The position numbers and the translations under genes are program-made. This document shows positions 40,858 through 54,993 of a stretch of 64,000 bases of DNA, piece by piece. Source of the DNA: Eledone cirrhosa (lineage: Eukaryota); assembly GCA_964016885.1 (NCBI GenBank), contig OZ024742.1, positions 88,784,001-88,848,000 on the forward strand, in the 5' to 3' direction. A model generated the notes under the pieces. That model was not told the origin of the DNA and ran no database searches. It saw nothing but the letters and a program-made list of their open reading frames with translations. The first letter of the stretch is position 1. Every line of letters starts with the position of its first letter.

Positions 40858-42047
40858 GATATTTGTTTATTGAGAAAAAACAACAAAGATTTAACATAAT
40901 AGATCTGTTTGGGAACAGGTTTTGAATTGACCAATAGAAAAGTAGTAAGTGGTCAAGTTGATATAATAGTAGTAGTAGAAATATAATTTAGGGGTAGAGG
41001 AATGCAGACTTAAGTTTTGAATGGAAAGAATACTTTGAATGAAAATAATACTTTGGGGATGAAAAGAGGTCAAGCCGGTGAAAGGTACATGACAACTCGA
41101 TGTTATTAAAGAATCATGCTAATGTTAAAATCGAAAGAGAATAACATTTTAGGGTAAAGGTGTTAGTGAGAAATGCCAATCTTATTTAAAACACAAGGAA
41201 TTTAGATCTATAACAAGAAATTAAATTGATTGATAGTTATATATATAGGGATAAATTTATATTAATTGATATGGATGTAATAAATAAGAGTTAGATGTTA
41301 TTAAAGAATGTTGTTAAAAACGAAGGAAAATAAAATGTTGGGATAAATATTAGTCAGAAATACCAAACTTATATAGACTACAAGAAATCAAGTTTCATAA
41401 CAGGAAATTATATATTTGTTGTCACATATATATCTGTGACTTTATGTATATGTAAATCTTTATATTTAATAATCTCCCGTTGGGTTGAGATGCAATTGGG
41501 CGATATTGGGCTGCGCTTTCTAGCAACCAGCCTACTCGCCGTAAGCAACTAATCTCATTATTTCTAACGTGACTACTGTCACATCACGATTCTTAGCCAT
41601 TTTTTGAATTTATTTCTGGCGCGATTGCTTTGGAAAACTAACTGTCCTGTTGAGTTTGTCTCCTGGTGAGTTCGTTACTCTAGATTCATCCTTAATAATA
41701 GGATATCTCAAAATACGAACGAAACCATGGAAGAGATGTAATTACGCTATGTACACATTTCTTCTAACTTTAAATTTATACCTAATTGTGTATGGCTGAA
41801 GGTATATTTAGTCAGTTTCTACATGCTGTTGAAATGTTGGGTAAATACCCTATTGGGCTCAACCGCGAAGAGACCGCTTTCGGTTATTTATGAAATATTT
41901 CTTCATAGGAGCCTTTATTCTTATAGCCTGGTCTAATTGATTTTTTATATGGTTAATTATGCTAATTCGGAGCGGAAATGGTATATATTTTATCTAATAA
42001 TTCAAAGGACATGATTTATGATATATATATATATATATATAAATATA

Positions 42048-42139
<92 letters not shown>

Positions 42140-42143
42140 TATA

Positions 42144-42290
<147 letters not shown>

Positions 42291-42292
42291 TA

Positions 42293-42363
<71 letters not shown>

Positions 42364-42403
42364 CGATATTAAAAAATGGAAACTATATTTATAAAACCAT
42401 ATT

Positions 42404-42464
42404 TATTTTATTATACATATTTCAAGGACACCACGTTAAATTATGGTGTGCTTTCATCAGACAG
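42404..42464 (-). ncRNA. Minimal hammerhead motif (stem I 5' strand largely lost)
   Basis: CTGATGA-aagcacacca...tggtgtcctt-GAAA-tatgta-TA-ataaaata. Confidence 0.65.
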
Positions 42465-42532
42465 CTTCCAACAGTAATGGTTGCATTTTTTAAGGGTATG
42501 TCAATATTTATTTATAAAACGGATATATATTG

Positions 42533-42597
42533 TATTTTTTCTGATGAAAGCACACCATAATTTAACGTGGTGTCCTTGAAATATATATAATAAAATA
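42533..42597 (+). ncRNA. Minimal type-I hammerhead ribozyme motif
   Basis: tatttttt-CTGATGA-aagcacacca...tggtgtcctt-GAAA-tatata-TA-ataaaata. Confidence 0.8.
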
Positions 42598-42906
42598 AAT
42601 ATGGTTTTATAAATATAGGTTCCATTTGTTAATATCGTATGTTTACTCCAAATTTTTGTTGAGTGCTTTATAACAGTTATACAAATATTCACTTGTTGTA
42701 TCCCAACAATTTAAATAGAACTTTTGCATATATGTATATATATATATATGTATACTATATATATGTATACATATATATATATATGTGTGTATGTATATAT
42801 ATATATGTATATATTTGTGTATGTGTATTTATGTATACTGTATATGTGTATATCTGTATATTTCTGTAGATGTGTTTGTATATATTTGTATATGTGTATA
42901 TTTATA

Positions 42907-42997
<91 letters not shown>

Positions 42998-43082
42998 AAG
43001 TAAATGTGGTAAGGAACCAGATGGACCATAACGCACAAAAGTACTCAATACTTAGGGTAGTAGGGTGGGTAATAGTGCCTAT

Positions 43083-43189
<107 letters not shown>

Positions 43190-43194
43190 TATAT

Positions 43195-43905
<711 letters not shown>

Positions 43906-43907
43906 GA

Positions 43908-44070
43908 AGGGGGTGCTTCAGCAGCTTCCATCCACCAAATTGCCCCCACTAGTCATCTGTCAGCCAGAGACTATGGTAGAAGATACTTGCATATGATGCT
44001 GTGCTGCGTGCGTGACTTTACATAGAATTACAGGGCTTGCAAAGCAAACTCCTTCACTACACACAAATAT
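43908..44070 (-). mobile_element. Old tRNA-derived SINE remnant (second family); similar remnants at ~44450-44600, ~44850-45000 and 55270-55405(-)
   Basis: Minus strand tgtgtagtgaaggagtttgct...gcaagtatcttctaccatagtct resembles 55405-55270 tatggctgtgtatttaag...gtttctaatatatcc. Confidence 0.45.
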
Positions 44071-45104
44071 CCAGTACACAAGGAAAAGTAATGAGTTCAT
44101 AAAACATAAATTACACTTATTTGTTTTTCAATGACGGTCTTTCAGAAGGTAAAATAGTTTTCCATTTAAATACTACACACTTGTTTTTACATATATAAAA
44201 TTGAAGAGGTTTCTTTGAAAAGCTAGTCTTAGCTGAAACCGCCAAGTACAAAACAAATTAAATAACCTTGATGCATTTGCATCTGTAAAAACAAAACCAT
44301 GATATATCTGCAACCCCGATTTTGTAAGAAAAGGAATTTAGTTTGATATGTACTTTTTGTTATCATCGGTTTTATTTTGAACACTTAGTATTTGCGTGAG
44401 CGCTTGTTTGTTTGTGTGTGTGTTTGTGTGCGTGTGTGTAGAAAAGCTGTAGGCTTAGGCATATCTAAGGCGATAAGAAATTCGCTTGTCAATCATGAGG
44501 TCCGTGCTTTGATCATACTACCAGGCTATCTCAGAAAGAATATCTAACTTAGAATCAGGTTCACCCTTGCCTTATGAATGAAATCGGATAGAGACTATCT
44601 GAATGCGCGTAGGATGGCAATATAACAATCCTACCGTCAAGTATTGTAATATCTTGACCCGTTGATATCCTCCAAAAATGACGTTACAAGTTCTCATTTC
44701 TGTAAAATATTCAACATTTTTCTAATTTAATTCATGAATCGGACTTTAAGTCATATAACATCTTTCATCCAAAATTGCAGAATATCCATCACCATACAAC
44801 AGCTGTTACCACTACAAATATGCCTTATTTTTACTTTTAGGTATATTTGTAAAATCAAACTGTTCGCCTTTCAACTATGAGCATTCGTGCTCAATTCTGC
44901 TGTGGAGTATCTTAATTAAGTTGTTTCTAAGTTAGTGGTATGTAATAGAAAGCGTTACTTTTAACTTTTGGAAGACGGACAATCTAGGAAACGTTGTCAG
45001 AGAAAATGTTTCCGTTATTGGTGTATAAGCCATGTTTAACAATATGATCTTGTCTTGGATGCATTAAGGTGAGTCTATCTATTGTCGATCTATTGTCGAT
45101 ATAT

Positions 45105-48100
45105 ATATGGAAAACTAAGGAACTCAACCGGCATTCTGGTGTACGCAGATAAAACTAACAACCTGTACGATATGGATAGAGTAACCTATGACGACTTTAT
45201 AATCAGAGAACTTAGAAAAAGCTACAAAGAAAACTACACGGGTCAAACTGGATTTAATCAACACGGAGGCCAATAGCGTCATGACTAAACTGGGTGTTGA
45301 AGATAAAACTAAACCCTTCCATCCTAGAATTCCGAGGATTTTATTGAAAGACGACAAATTAAACTTTGAATCATCAAGACCTGTCAGGCTGATATCCCCT
45401 TCGAAGTCGGACATAGGAATCGTTAGTAAAAACATCCTTGATAAAATAATCCCCACTCTAGTTAGGAGATCGAGATTAAATTATGGTCAGGAACTAGTGA
45501 GGTATTTAACTGGTTTGAGAAATCGCAGAATAAGAATAGCATTAAGTTTATACAGTTCGATATCTCTAACTACTACTCTTCGATCTCCAACTCTTCTAGG
45601 TAAGGCCCTAAAATTTGCTAGCTTACACACCGACCTTACATCTGAAGAAATTAACATTATTCTCCTAGCTAGGAAAAGCTTAATTGAGTTCAACGGTGAC
45701 ATGTGAACCAGGAAAGATTGGCCGGACAATTTCGACATCACCATGGGATCCAGGGACTCGGCCCAGGTGACGGATCTGGTGGGCCTTTATTTCCTCGACT
45801 GTCTCGGAGTGGAAATTCCCCACTTGGGAGGTGGCGCTTACCGTGGCGACATTTTGTTTACTGTGTCGTTCGATAATAATAGTATGGTAGACAGGGTGAG
45901 GAAAAAACTAAGCAAATTCTTCAACAACATAGACCTAAGTATAGTGTTTCTTAGAAAACCCTAAGATAGTTAATTTTTTAGATGTTACACTTAACCTCAA
46001 TTCAGGACTCTTCCAACCCTACCACAAGCACAACGAAAATTTAAATTATGTCAACGCAAAATTGAACCACGCTAGAATAGTCACTAACGGTATTACCAAA
46101 AGCGTCTCTAGTAGAATTTCAGGACTATCTTCCAATGAAGATACCTTTGATAGGAACTCGAATTACTATAATAGCGCCCTGGAACGCGCGGGGCATAGCG
46201 AGCGAATCTCATTCAAACGTCCATTAAATAGTAGTAGCAACATTGTCTGCGATAGCTTATGCCAAAATAGTGACACTTTAGTTAACAGCAGGCGGGATGC
46301 AGGGAAGATCAATATAGACTTCATGTGTTATTGCCTCCTAGTCCCAATGTCGATGGTACCAATGGAAACAATGACCCAGGTACAAACACGGCGTCTGAGC
46401 ACCGTAATGCCAGCGGAAACTCTAATTGCAACCTTAATTGTAGAACTGATAAAACAACCGTTGAACGTAAAATGGAACGAGGGTCGGGTAGAGGGAATAG
46501 GGATAAATGTAGCATGCGCATAGTGGATATAACCCCGGCTATCGAGGGTAATCCCAATGGCTGCACATGGGACGATTCCGAACACAATCGGGACACCCCA
46601 GGACACCATCGACCCACAGGCAGTTTTCAGTTGTAATAGACCAGTAGCTACTAGGGAGACAGGTAAGTCCAGTATAGATAGCAAGAATAAGAGGCATCGG
46701 ACTAGAAAAATCATGTGGTATAACCCCCTTACTCCACTGGCCTGACTACTAGTATAGCTAAGCTCTTTTTAGACAAATACTTCCCTAGATCACACAGATA
46801 CTATAAAATATTCAATAGGAATAACATTAAGCTGTCCTACTCCACAACCAGAATATAGCTCAGAATATAGATAAGATGAATTATAGTAGACTTAGGACAG
46901 CACAAGGGGGGATGAGACATGGCAGAACTAATGGCAGGTCTATGGATGAACAGACTCATACACGTGAGGCGCTTCGGGTCACCCCAACTCCTGGGAACTT
47001 ACCTATAGAGCAGACAAGAACTGAGACCCGACCCCAGGTGTACTGTTGTTCCTCTGGAACTAACCAGGTTGATACAGAAAATGTAATTGCAGGAACAGCG
47101 CCACTTGCTCCATGGCTGGGAAATGCCTCACCAAAAACATAGTCTACGACTGCAAGGGCTCCACTTTAGATAGAAACCTCAGGTATGTTGGGGCAACTGC
47201 CACTGAATTTAAGGATATATGGTATAATCACCGCCATACCTTTAATAGATTAGATTTAAAAAATAGCACAGCCCTTTTCTGAATTACTGGAAGCTTAAAA
47301 AACAGAATATAGAGAACTCCTTATCCTGGTCCATAATTTGCTCAGCCCAGCCATATAACGGCAGCACTGGCGTCTGTAATTTATGTATAGCTGAAACATT
47401 TAATATTATTAGAGGCGGCCCCCTATTAATGAGTAGGAGAGCGGATCTGTTCAGCAACTGCCAACATAGAACCTCGAAAACCCTCCGCAGGATTTTTGGA
47501 AAGTAACCAACCACTAACTCTTCCATCTCTACCTTAGCCATAGAGTTCTCTCAATTAGCAAAGAACAGTCAATCACACACTCAGGTAGTTAGACAGCTAA
47601 GATCGTTTGCGCACTTACAAACGGTACTCGGCTTGTTTCCACAGAGTTCTCACAGCTGAGTGCACATTAGAATACCTAGTTAGTAAATAGTTAGAATGAT
47701 TACACACTCAGGTAAGACCGATTACGCGCATTCACCATTACTTTAGGATACCCTAACCATTGTGTTCTCTCGGTTGGGATATAGCTAGACGTATTACACA
47801 CTCAGTTAAGACTAATTACGCTCTTTATACATAACTCTACACACAGTACCCGGTTTCTTTAGACACTGAGTTTCCACAGTTATTACTGGTCACGTTCCTA
47901 TCGATTGAACACTACACTAGGTTTTGATCCGACATCATCTAACCATGGACTGCTCACGGTTACAGATTGGAAATAATACTTACACACCATTAATGGGCCT
48001 ACACACATTCTCTGGGTTTTGCTATTCTTTGTTATTTTATTTTGCCTTTTCTGTTGGATAACACACCTCCACCACTCAAACACCTATCTTAAAAGCCCAA

Positions 48101-49045
48101 GGGCCCATATGACGCGAAATCGCACATACTGACACCTTAACCCAAATAACCAACCCTACACAGAGCCCCTTGGTGGCCTACATAACGGTTGCTTGCGGCA
48201 CAGATTTCGGGACTCAGATTCTCAATGGGACAAGGGCACATGCTGCGTTCGATATGAGCTGACTATTTGCTCTTCACATGGATGTGTATATATATCTAGA
48301 CATACACTTTTTTTGAACGATACGGATGTGTATATACCATAACATACACTATTTGGAGATACGGATGTTACAATTCAATCTATACACGTATAGCAGAACA
48401 TTGAACTGAACTTATTTGCGTGTGTATAGGGTTGCGGTTGACCCAATTTTTCAAATTTACATAGTCAAATTGTAATTTGACCAATATAACATTTGTTGTT
48501 TTGTAAACTAACTTTCGGTGAATACTATGTTGGTATATTTATATTTTTTCTTTGACCTCGCGTCGGTGTGTGTGAGTGTGTGTGTACTCACTCACACTAA
48601 CCGTGACCGTCTATAGTTCTACAGATTTGATGCTATGTTGGTATATGTATATTTATTTTTTTCTTTGACCTCGCGTCGTGTGTATGTGAGTGCGTGTGTA
48701 CCAACTCACATTAACTGTGATCGACTGTAATTCTACAGATTTGATTGATGTCCAGCGTCTTTTACAGCTATTGGGAGATATAGAGTTGATAGTTTTATGA
48801 CCCTAAATGAGGACGATAGCAGTCGCTGTGTTTTGACTGCTTGATCTTTATATCAGGGACTGAACTCTGTGAGTGAACACCGTTAATTTCCTCCCTCATA
48901 TCAAAGATTTTGAAGACAATTCATTATTCACCTGACGGAATCAGGGATAATCGATCGTGGCTACACGATCGATCTATCTCTTATTGAAACATGTGTCGCG
49001 ATTAAAATGATTGGAAATTTATACCTTGCCTTCGGATCTTTATTT

Positions 49046-49048
<3 letters not shown>
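45105..49048 (+). mobile_element. Penelope-like element (Naiad-type), RT plus GIY-YIG, degenerate, 5'-truncated, ~1.5-kb 3'UTR
   Basis: ILVYADKTNNLY, PVRLISPSKSDIG, FDITMGSRDSAQVTDLVGLY, AYRGD (YRDD-like), NFLDVTL, RKIMWYNP, KLSYST, CNCRNSATCSMAGKC, IVY...YVG, CNLCIAE; ends with a degenerate hammerhead and (TA)n. Confidence 0.9.
48926..49003 (+). ncRNA. Degenerate hammerhead motif at the Penelope 3' end
   Basis: attcac-CTGACGG-aatcagggataatcgatcgtg gcta cacgatcgatctatctcttatt-GAAA-catgtg-TC; core A9 and stem I are mutated. Confidence 0.55.
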
Positions 49049-49089
<41 letters not shown>

Positions 49090-49509
49090 ACATTAAATTT
49101 AGAATATCAACAAAATCTTTCATTGGCCCGTCAGAGTTCTTTTTCCGAATTCGTCGGTTATTTCCTCGTTTTTGTGTATGCAAAAATATCTGTCAGTTAT
49201 GCATATGATTATGTAATTGCCAGCTTTGTTTGTTTATATTTTGATTTGTGTATCAAAATTATCTGTACACGAATATCTATATTAAAATAACATATTAATG
49301 TTTAAGCAAAGAATCCCTGCTTTCAACCTTAACGGGATCTTCTGAAACTAAAAAAATCAATCTGTGAACGCAGATGTATATATTTCGAAAAACGTTGCAA
49401 CCGAAGGAAAACAGGAAAACGATATATTGGTTCGTGAAGACGTTCCCTGGCATGAGAATATATATATATATATACACACACTATATATATATACATATAT
49501 ATACACACT

Positions 49510-49795
49510 GATCGCGTCATAATGTCGTAATGCAGACAGCCAGGCATACACACTGATATTATGAAGGCGCGACGTCATATCTATGTATCTATCTAAAAAG
49601 AGAAAGACTAAGAGAAAGAGATCGTTAAATCACCTAATGCCGTCCCTAGGGCATTTAAAATTTGAAATATTTTTTGCTCAGAACAGTCAAAAGGACCATA
49701 AGTATTACATGTGTAAAGTTTGAAATAAACGGTTGGGCAGTTCTCGAGTTTTAGGGAAACAGATACACAGACATTCTTTGTTTTATATATATAGA
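49510..49795 (+). mobile_element. Helentron/DINE-1-like non-autonomous remnant; related copies at ~50398-50490 and ~50800-51130
   Basis: Shared ~100-bp block aatgcagaca...gcgcgacgt.ata.ct.tgtatctatct; 3' ends of the type gtaaagtttgaaataaacggttg...acagac...ttttatatatatag. Confidence 0.5.
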
Positions 49796-50335
49796 CAGTA
49801 CAGTATTACTGTTGAAAATATATAGCATTACTGTTGAAAATTTATAGTATAGTATAGCATTACTGTTGAAAATATATAGTACAATACAGTATTACTGTTG
49901 AAAATATATAGTACAGTATTACTGTTGAAAATAAATAGAATAGTACAGTATTACTGTTGAAAATATATAGTACAATATTACTGTTAAAAATATATCGTAT
50001 AGTATTATTGTTGAAAATATATAGTGTATTATAGTATTACTGTTGAAAATATATAGTACAGTATTACTGTTGAAAATGTGTAGTATAGTATAGCATTACT
50101 GTTGAAAATATATAGTACAATATTACTGTTGAATATATATAGTATAGTATTACTGTTGAAAATATATAGTACAGTACAGTATTACTTTTGAAAATATATA
50201 GTATAGTATAGTATTACCGTTGAAAACATATAGTATTACTGTTGATAATATATAGTATGGTATGACTGTCGAATACGTGTAGTATAGTATTACTGTTGAA
50301 AATATATAGAATAGTATTACTGTTGAAAATGTGTA
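49796..50335. repeat. Minisatellite, ~19 units of ~22-32 bp (agtattactgttgaaaatatat plus a variable number of agtay pentamers)
   Basis: Directly visible tandem array. Confidence 0.92.
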
Positions 50336-50699
50336 CACGAATATATAATTATATATATATATGTATAATTAATTAAAAGTTGGTTAGAAGCGAACTCAAT
50401 GCAGACAGGCAGACATACAGACATATAAGCGCGCGACGTTATAGCTGTGTATCTATCTCAAAAGACAGAGTAAGAGAGAGGAATGTCGTATTATATATAT
50501 CATATATAATAAAGTACCAGTAATGTATGGGATAATTGCTGGCCGTGTGCCAAAAGTAGAAACAATTATACTTATTATTTATACAACTGTAAATAATATG
50601 TTTAAGTATGTATATATGCGTATATATACGTATATATACGTATAAATGAATGCTGTAATAGAATGTACAAATTAAACTGTCACTTATTTATGATACTAA

Positions 50700-50759
<60 letters not shown>

Positions 50760-51140
50760 TATATATATATATAAATATACACACACACAGGTAGCAAAGT
50801 CAATGTCGTGAATCGGTTCCATAATGCAGACACCAGTCATACAGAGACATACTATAAGGGCGCGACGTTATAGCTATGTATCTATCTGAAAAGACAGACT
50901 AAGAAAAAGAGAGGAATGTCGTATAATCGGAAGTGTTGACATTTGAAGATTTCCAAGAAGTGAATATTTAAATAAAATCTTTAATATTTTAACAAGAGTT
51001 AGTACACAAAAACACCCTCGCATTCTTACTTGGAAAAAGTTACATCTATGGTGCAAATTTGTTGACGTTCGGTTCAGCCGTTTGCCGAAAGGTTTACTAC
51101 ATACATACGGCCGTCAGCTTTATTAGTATATATGTATATA

Positions 51141-51238
<98 letters not shown>

Positions 51239-51783
51239 CGTGTGTGTGTATGTGTGTGTATGTGTGTATGTGTGTGTGTGCGTGTGTGTGTGTGTGTAAA
51301 ATTATATGTGTTAGGTAATTCCGAAGAAAAAGCAAAGGAAAAACGAGTGCTCTCAAAATATAAAAATATAAAAATATGTTGTTGTTGAAAGTATGTGATA
51401 AAGGGTCAGGGTGGTTAAAATAAGAGAGAATGTTCAGGAAAAGATGAAATCAATAAGTGAATAATATAAGTGTAAAATAAGTAGAAAAATAAAATAAATT
51501 AAAATAAAATAAGTGTTGAATATGTAAAATAAGAGAGATTGTTCAAGGTAAAAGTAAGGGAAAAGAAAAAATGAAATAGGTGTAAAATAGGTGTAATATA
51601 AAATAAGGGTATAATATAAGTGTTGTAATATAAGCATTGGTTTAATGCTATATATAGTTTTGTGCAAATATAGATATTTGTACAATAGCATATTTATTAT
51701 TTAGAGTTTATTCCCCTCATGAAGGTGGAACTTATATAGAGATTTTATATAATATAGCAAATATTAATTTAATACCATAATTC

Positions 51784-51827
<44 letters not shown>

Positions 51828-52497
51828 TGGCTGAAAACTCTGCGTTAATCATTACACTAACTAATTGACAATTAATTTTTTGATATTTCCAACAATAAGT
51901 ACTTCATAAGCTTTACATACCGAAAATGTTGACATTCTTATAGGTAATTTTCGTTAAAGATTACATTTAGGAAAATATTCAACAGTGTAAATTTTCCTTT
52001 CGCTGGCCAAGTAAATCCTTTAAATGTTGTCCTCATGAAATTTAGAATTTTAGAAATCTTAACACATTTATAGAATTTATAAAATTAATAAATATAAATA
52101 ACCATCAACTTTTACAAAACTTAAAATGTTGATTATTCACCCTTAAAATAACATAAATTAAATATTTTGAAACTTTAATGGAAAAAAAATGTTCTGCATA
52201 TATTACTCCACTTTATCTCTACCTCTCTTTAAATCTTCTATCAGTTGCCTCCATAAACAGTTATAATTCAAGAGACGTTTTCCTAGATAACCATAACTTG
52301 TAGTATCCCACATTTTAAAATCTCTATAGTTGTCACATTAAGCAACGTTTTTCTTACTCAAACATCCTCTATTGAATTTATTACGTTTTCGCATTTTCTC
52401 CTTATTAGGGTATAAATTTTGAGTTTTCTCTTAGTTTAATCAATACCTTGATTAAATCTTAACCATTTAACATCTCAGGGTATGTCATATATCATTA

Positions 52498-52552
52498 TAT
52501 TTTGTCTGATGAGGACGTACTGTTGTACCTCTGAAATATGTATAATAAAATG
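52498..52552 (+). ncRNA. Minimal type-I hammerhead ribozyme motif (same family as 37264)
   Basis: tattttgt-CTGATGA-ggacgtac tgtt gtacctct-GAAA-tatgta-TA-ataaaatg. Confidence 0.78.
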
Positions 52553-52625
52553 TAATTGATCAAAAGACCATCTATTTTATTCATATGTGTATTTTAATAT
52601 ATATATATATATAACGAAGGAAGTG

Positions 52626-52738
52626 CCTATTTAAATGCAACTGAATTGTCATATCAGGAAACAATTAAAGCAAAATATAGTATTTTGTCAACATTTCAGA
52701 TATCTGATATTCCAATCAATTACACACACATACAGACA

Positions 52739-52808
<70 letters not shown>

Positions 52809-52867
52809 CACACGCACGCGCACACACAAATTCACGAGCACATGCAGATAAATATATATATATAAAT

Positions 52868-52902
<35 letters not shown>

Positions 52903-52920
52903 AATATATATAATTTATAA

Positions 52921-52992
<72 letters not shown>

Positions 52993-53078
52993 CGACGAGT
53001 GTGTTTAACTCTAATGCACTCAAGTAGTTTTATAAAATTATATATATTTATACATATATATATTTATTTAAATATATA

Positions 53079-53118
<40 letters not shown>

Positions 53119-53286
53119 CATGTGCTCGTGAATTTGTGTGTGCGTGCCTGCGTGTACGTGTGTGTGTGTGTGTGCATGTGTGTATGTGTAATTGATTGGA
53201 ATATCAGATATCTGAAATTTCGACAAAATACTATATTGTGCTTTAATTGTTTCCTGATATGACAATTCAGTTGCCTTTAAATAGGC
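52626..53286. repeat. ~660-bp fold-back: ~200-bp inverted arms around a (TA)-rich core
   Basis: cctatttaaatgcaactgaattgtcatatcagg...cacgagcacatgca versus tgcatgtgctcgtg...cctgatatgacaattcagttgcctttaaatagg. Confidence 0.9.
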
Positions 53287-53339
53287 CCCATGTCGTGATA
53301 ATTATAATAACGTGGTTATAGATTGTTTTACTGTCATAG

Positions 53340-53454
53340 CAATTAAATAGAAATATTGTTAACTTATCAACGCCGTACTACTATTACTGCCCGGCATTCA
53401 GTGGGTTCTTCTAAATATTGACACGGCGAAATACCATATTTTATGCCCGGAGGA
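53340..53454 (+). CDS. Candidate exon (phase 1-2), N-terminal half of a Sushi/CCP-like domain; contains two in-frame stops (TAG 53348-50, TAA 53360-62)
   Basis: Acceptor gattgttttactgtcatag, donor ga|gtgagc; reads xIK*KYC*LINAVLLLLPGIQWVLLNIDTAKYHILCPE(D); an alternative acceptor cattcag|53402 avoids the stops. Confidence 0.4.
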
Positions 53455-53696
53455 GTGAGCTGCGATGTGTATAAGTATGCATGTGTGCATACTTTCTCGA
53501 TTTTGTTTTTCATTAGGACATTGGATTTGTTTGTTGGCAAAAGTTTCAAACGAAATAGTAATAGAGAGTAGAAATTGTAATGTGTGTACTCTGATTTATG
53601 TAACTATCTATGCATTATATCACAAAGAATGATTTGAAGGTCTTGAAATGTTATTTATAACTCTTCTTTCATTCTGTCTATTTGCATGATGTCCAG

Positions 53697-53752
53697 TTAC
53701 AACATAACCCCCTCTGCTATTAATGTGGAATGTAATAGAACTGAAATTCTAG
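53697..53752 (+). CDS. Candidate exon (phase 2-1): (D)YNITPSAINVECNRTEIL(D)
   Basis: Pyrimidine-rich acceptor ending gtccag, donor ag|gttgag; two N-x-T sequons; frame-compatible with both neighbours. Confidence 0.5.
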
Positions 53753-54396
53753 GTTGAGTTCTGCAGCTGCAACCATTGATTGATGGTTCATATATGTTCA
53801 TGTCCTTTTGATATTAAATAAACTTTACGATCTCTGTTGCAAGAATCGGTACAGTGTAAAATAAAAGGACTTGCATTATGTAGAACCACCTCAAGTCCGT
53901 GCTAAAATCACCTACTCTCTATTTTACTTTTCTTTCTTTTGGAAGTGTTGGGAGATAATATTTATATCACTGAAATGTTGTTCAACTATTCGTATGTCCT
54001 ACCTTATATATTCATGGCTTCCTGCCAATGGTACAAATTGATATCAAATCAATCGTTAATTTACACGATGAAACCTGCTACAAATTTACATTCATAGAAA
54101 TCAAATAATTGGAGAACTGACAATGTTGGCTTTCAGTATTATACTGTATTCAGTGTAGCTATCGATTAGTAAGCAACAATGTATGTGTAGGCAGATGTAA
54201 ACATCTTCTCTTGGTATATAATATGACCAGTGCATTCATCCGTGATTAAATACCTAATAATGAACATTATCCGTAAATAGCGCAATCTCAGAAATGTTGG
54301 ATTCAGTATTCATTTGTTTTATCCACAGTATTTTGGTGTTTACCGATAATCACTTCAGCTTTAATTTTGTCTGTTTTTAACCTTATTTTCTTGCAG

Positions 54397-54428
54397 ATAA
54401 TTCTGCTAAATGCATTACCATACAATAT
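54397..54428 (+). CDS. Candidate micro-exon (phase 1-0): (D)NSAKCITIQY
   Basis: Strong acceptor ttttaaccttattttcttgcag, weaker donor tat|gtataa; frame-compatible. Confidence 0.45.
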
Positions 54429-54810
54429 GTATAATGTGCTCGAATGACAGAAATAGCTTTATATATACACAAAGGAAACAACTTCATACGCCCCAAACGA
54501 ATATATGCATTTTTATTTTTACGCTTAAAATTACCGTACCAAAGATTTCGTGGTTAGCAAAGCAAAACTATCCATTTTATTGCACATAATTAGTTAGAGG
54601 AGTTCTTTTTATTTCTTCAAATCAGTAAAATTACTCGACCAATTTCCATGAACTTACCTCAAATTCTATGTGAGAAAGTTAACAAACAAAAGCCACATTG
54701 TCTAATATACAATGCTTGGAAGAAGAACACCTGATCTTTTCTGAAAACCTTTTGATCATAAAATTGTTGAGTATTGTTTGAATAGGGATTAAGTAACAAC
54801 TACATTTGAA

Positions 54811-54993
54811 GAATTCAGTATTAACACATTATATATATTAGTTATTCTACAAGCTACTTTTACGTCGTGATATGAATTTTGCACAGATCTATTTTAAAAC
54901 GAAGCAATATTTTTATGTATTTTCTCATATTACAACGTAAAAGTAGCTTGTAGAATTACTAATATACATATATAATGTGTTAATACTGAATTC
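54811..54993. repeat. ~180-bp fold-back (MITE-like) element
   Basis: gaattcagtattaacacatta...cttttacgtcgtgatatga versus tcatattacaacgtaaaag...taatgtgttaatactgaattc. Confidence 0.8.

Larger units (their letters stand above)
42361..42640. repeat. ~280-bp inverted repeat (100-bp arms) with a hammerhead in each arm
   Basis: 42361-42460 is the reverse complement of 42541-42640; 80-nt spacer. Confidence 0.9.

Noticed and set aside
45105-47510. Selenocysteine-encoding Naiad
   Set aside because: Conserved Cys positions use TGY; the TGA seen (~45704) is at a Trp-like position in an otherwise decayed ORF.
49796-50335. CRISPR-like array
   Set aside because: No unique spacers, eukaryotic context and no cas genes; it is a minisatellite.
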